Positions 62,140-64,000 of a DNA stretch of 64,000 bases are shown in pieces. Positions within the stretch are counted from its first letter, which is position 1, and the number at the start of each line of letters is the position of its first letter. The notes beneath the pieces are model-generated. The model ran no database searches. It had not been told where the DNA came from and worked only from the letters and a program-made list of their open reading frames with translations. The stretch spans positions 33,033 to 97,032 of the forward strand of contig VGSF01000002.1 of NCBI GenBank assembly GCA_016875165.1, in the 5' to 3' direction. A program made the translations under genes and the position numbers. The stretch is from Deltaproteobacteria bacterium (GTDB lineage Bacteria > Desulfobacterota > SM23-61).

Positions 62140-63695
62140 AAAGCGGAAAAGTTTACCTGATCGGCGCCGGGCCCGGGGACCCCGGGCTGATCACAGTCAA
62201 GGGCATGGCCTGTCTTAAGAAAGCGGATGTGGTGGTCTATGACTACTTAGCCAACGAACAGTTGCTAAGCCAGGCGCAAGAGGGGGCGGAGCTGGTTTAC
62301 GTGGGGAAAAAAGGCGGGGATCACACGCTCTCCCAGAAGGAAATAAATTCTTTGATCGCTCTGAAGGCCAGGGCCGGGAAAACCGTTGCCCGCCTCAAAG
62401 GCGGGGATCCCTTTATCTTCGGCAGGGGAGGGGAGGAAGCGGAGGAGTTGGCCGAAGCCGGCATTCCCTTCGAGGTTGTGCCGGGGGTTACCTCGGCCAT
62501 CGCCGTTCCGGCCTATGCCGGGATTCCTTTGACCCACCGGGACTTCACTTCAACGGTGGCTTTTATCACCGGCCACGAAGATCCGACAAAAGAGGAAACG
62601 AAGATCGATTGGAGTAAAATTGCCACCGGAGTGGGAACGCTTGTCTTCCTGATGGGGGCGGGAAATCTCCCCACGATCGCCGCCGAATTGATGAAAAATG
62701 GCCGGGATCCGGAAACCCCGGTGGCCCTGATCCGCTGGGGGACTTTTCCCGAGCAAGAGACGATTATCGGAAAACTTTCCAACATCGAGGAGATTGCCCG
62801 ATCGAAGAAAATCAAGCCCCCGGTCATCATCCTGATCGGTGAAGTGGTTGCCCTGCGGGATAAGCTGAATTGGTTTGAAAAACTTCCCCTTTTCGGAAAG
62901 ACAATCCTGGTGACCCGGTCCAGGGAGCAGGCCAGCGAGCTTTCTGAAAGATTGCGGGAATTAGGCGCGGCGCCCGTTGAGTTTCCGACCATAGAGCTTT
63001 CGCCCCCGGAGAGCTGGGCTGATGCGGATCATTGCCTGGCCCAGATGGTGTCGTATGATTGGATCATATTCACCAGCGCCAATGGAGTAAAATATTTTCT
63101 GGAAAGGCTTTTGGCCCTGGGTGGCGACCTGAGGGACTTAAAAGGCCCGCGAGTCTGCGCCATCGGCCCGCAAACCGCGGAGGCTCTAAAAAATTTAAAG
63201 ATAAGGGTGGATTTTGTCCCCGCGGAATACCGGGCAGAATCCATTTTCGAAGGACTTAGCAAAGGGAATCTAAAAGGGAAGAGAATTTTAATACCCCGGG
63301 CAAAAGTGGCCAGGGATATTCTTCCGGAAGAGTTGAAGAAAGCCGGGGCCCTGGTGGATGTGGTGGAAGTATATCGCACGATTTGCCCGGAAAGCCAGGG
63401 GAGAGAGATCAAGGAACTTTTGAAAAAAAGGGCGGTTTCTGCGGTCACCTTTACTAGTTCTTCGACGGTAAGTAATTTTGCGGAGATAATAGGAATGAAA
63501 GAAGCACGGGAGCTGACAGAGGGAGTTCCCGTTGCCTCCATCGGCCCCATAACAGCGGAAAAAGCCCGGAGCCTGGGAATTGAGACAACGATTATGCCGG
63601 AAGAATATACCATCCCTGCGCTGGTTGATGCCCTGGTCAAGTATTTCACGGCAGAGAGCGCAGAGATTGCCTTTAAAATGAACTCGAAAAAATAA
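62136..63695 (+). CDS. cobA/hemD: Fused uroporphyrinogen-III C-methyltransferase / uroporphyrinogen-III synthase
   Basis: [23 protein letters not shown]-terminal half and a HemD-like C-terminal half ([17 protein letters not shown]...FTSSSTV). Confidence 0.85.
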   Translation: MKSGKVYLIGAGPGDPGLITVKGMACLKKADVVVYDYLANEQLLSQAQEGAELVYVGKKGGDHTLSQKEINSLIALKARAGKTVARLKGGDPFIFGRGGEEAEELAEAGIPFEVVPGVTSAIAVPAYAGIPLTHRDFTSTVAFITGHEDPTKEETKIDWSKIATGVGTLVFLMGAGNLPTIAAELMKNGRDPETPVALIRWGTFPEQETIIGKLSNIEEIARSKKIKPPVIILIGEVVALRDKLNWFEKLPLFGKTILVTRSREQASELSERLRELGAAPVEFPTIELSPPESWADADHCLAQMVSYDWIIFTSANGVKYFLERLLALGGDLRDLKGPRVCAIGPQTAEALKNLKIRVDFVPAEYRAESIFEGLSKGNLKGKRILIPRAKVARDILPEELKKAGALVDVVEVYRTICPESQGREIKELLKKRAVSAVTFTSSSTVSNFAEIIGMKEARELTEGVPVASIGPITAEKARSLGIETTIMPEEYTIPALVDALVKYFTAESAEIAFKMNSKK

Positions 63696-63704
63696 AAAGA
63701 AAAA

Positions 63705-63849
63705 TGAGGCTCTTGCAAAAGTCGCTTACTCCGTCATTCCGACGAAAGCCGGAATCCAGAATTTCTTGAAAATCCTGGATTCCGGGTCGCTCTTCGCTTG
63801 CCCGGAATGACGACTTCTCCATGCTTTCGAGAGTTTTGCAAGATCCTCA
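63705..63849. repeat. MITE with TIR TGAGGCTCTTGCAAAAG...TTTTGCAAGATCCTCA
   Basis: Same family as 44491-44656. Interior gtcattccgacgaaagccggaatcc...cccggaatgacg. Confidence 0.75.
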
Positions 63850-63864
63850 AATGAAAATAAAAAG

Positions 63865-64000
63865 TTTGTAACAGTTTAGCGGTGTGAAAAAGTGGTATAA
63901 AAGCCTTTGTTGAGAGCCGGGGGTTAGAGCGGAACGCGCCGGAAGCATCGGTTGGGTTTCCGCTTGGCCACGAAGACAGAAGATCTTTTCCTTCGGAGGA
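63865..64000 (+). repeat. ~270-nt structured repeat family R2, copy D (cut by window end)
   Basis: Begins tttgtaacagtttagcgg (a full 5' inverted copy of the 3' end ctaaagtgttacaaa) and carries the conserved cgcgccggaagcatcggttgggtt core. Confidence 0.75.

Overview
This window looks like chromosomal DNA from a dissimilatory sulfite/sulfate-reducing Desulfobacterota-type bacterium; the taxonomy is inferred from gene content only. It has two conserved flanks around a roughly 21 kb accessory stretch. LEFT CORE (1-14.8 kb): a P-type ATPase cut by the window edge, then a colinear dsr locus (dsrA-dsrB-dsrD-dsrN, a C-N hydrolase, dsrC, an OsmC-like gene, a dsrT-like gene, dsrMKJOP). ACCESSORY REGION (14.8-36.2 kb): a Phd-like antitoxin coupled to a type II restriction-modification pair, a partial duplication of yjbQ, several orphan genes, TA remnants, two IS200/RAYT-like Y1-transposase elements with inverted repeats (one decayed) plus a third Y1 gene fragment without recognisable inverted repeats, and an integron. 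The integron has a deleted intI and at least 5-6 minus-strand cassettes (30.25-35.5 kb). Its recombination sites include three canonical ~65-72 bp attC sites and unusually long modular multi-hairpin repeats. RIGHT CORE (36.4-64 kb): tungsten-type aldehyde:ferredoxin oxidoreductase, cell-wall genes, a truncated hgcA-like gene, a PEP-CTERM protein, hisBH, and a siroheme/heme block (sirC-like, ccsA-like, hemA, hemC, cobA/hemD). It also holds a RiPP-type cluster (PqqD-like RRE, two radical-SAM/SPASM enzymes, HprK-like P-loop protein, S26 peptidase, nucleotidyltransferase). For that cluster I propose an unlisted 51-aa precursor ORF at 51785-51937 with a strong RBS. Intergenic space throughout is full of several MITE/REP-like repeat families. 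One is a ~270-nt family (4 copies) with compensatory changes in a long stem, so it may be a structured RNA or DNA element. I recognised no rRNA, tRNA or CRISPR array. All family assignments rest on motif-level reading of the translations, not on database searches.
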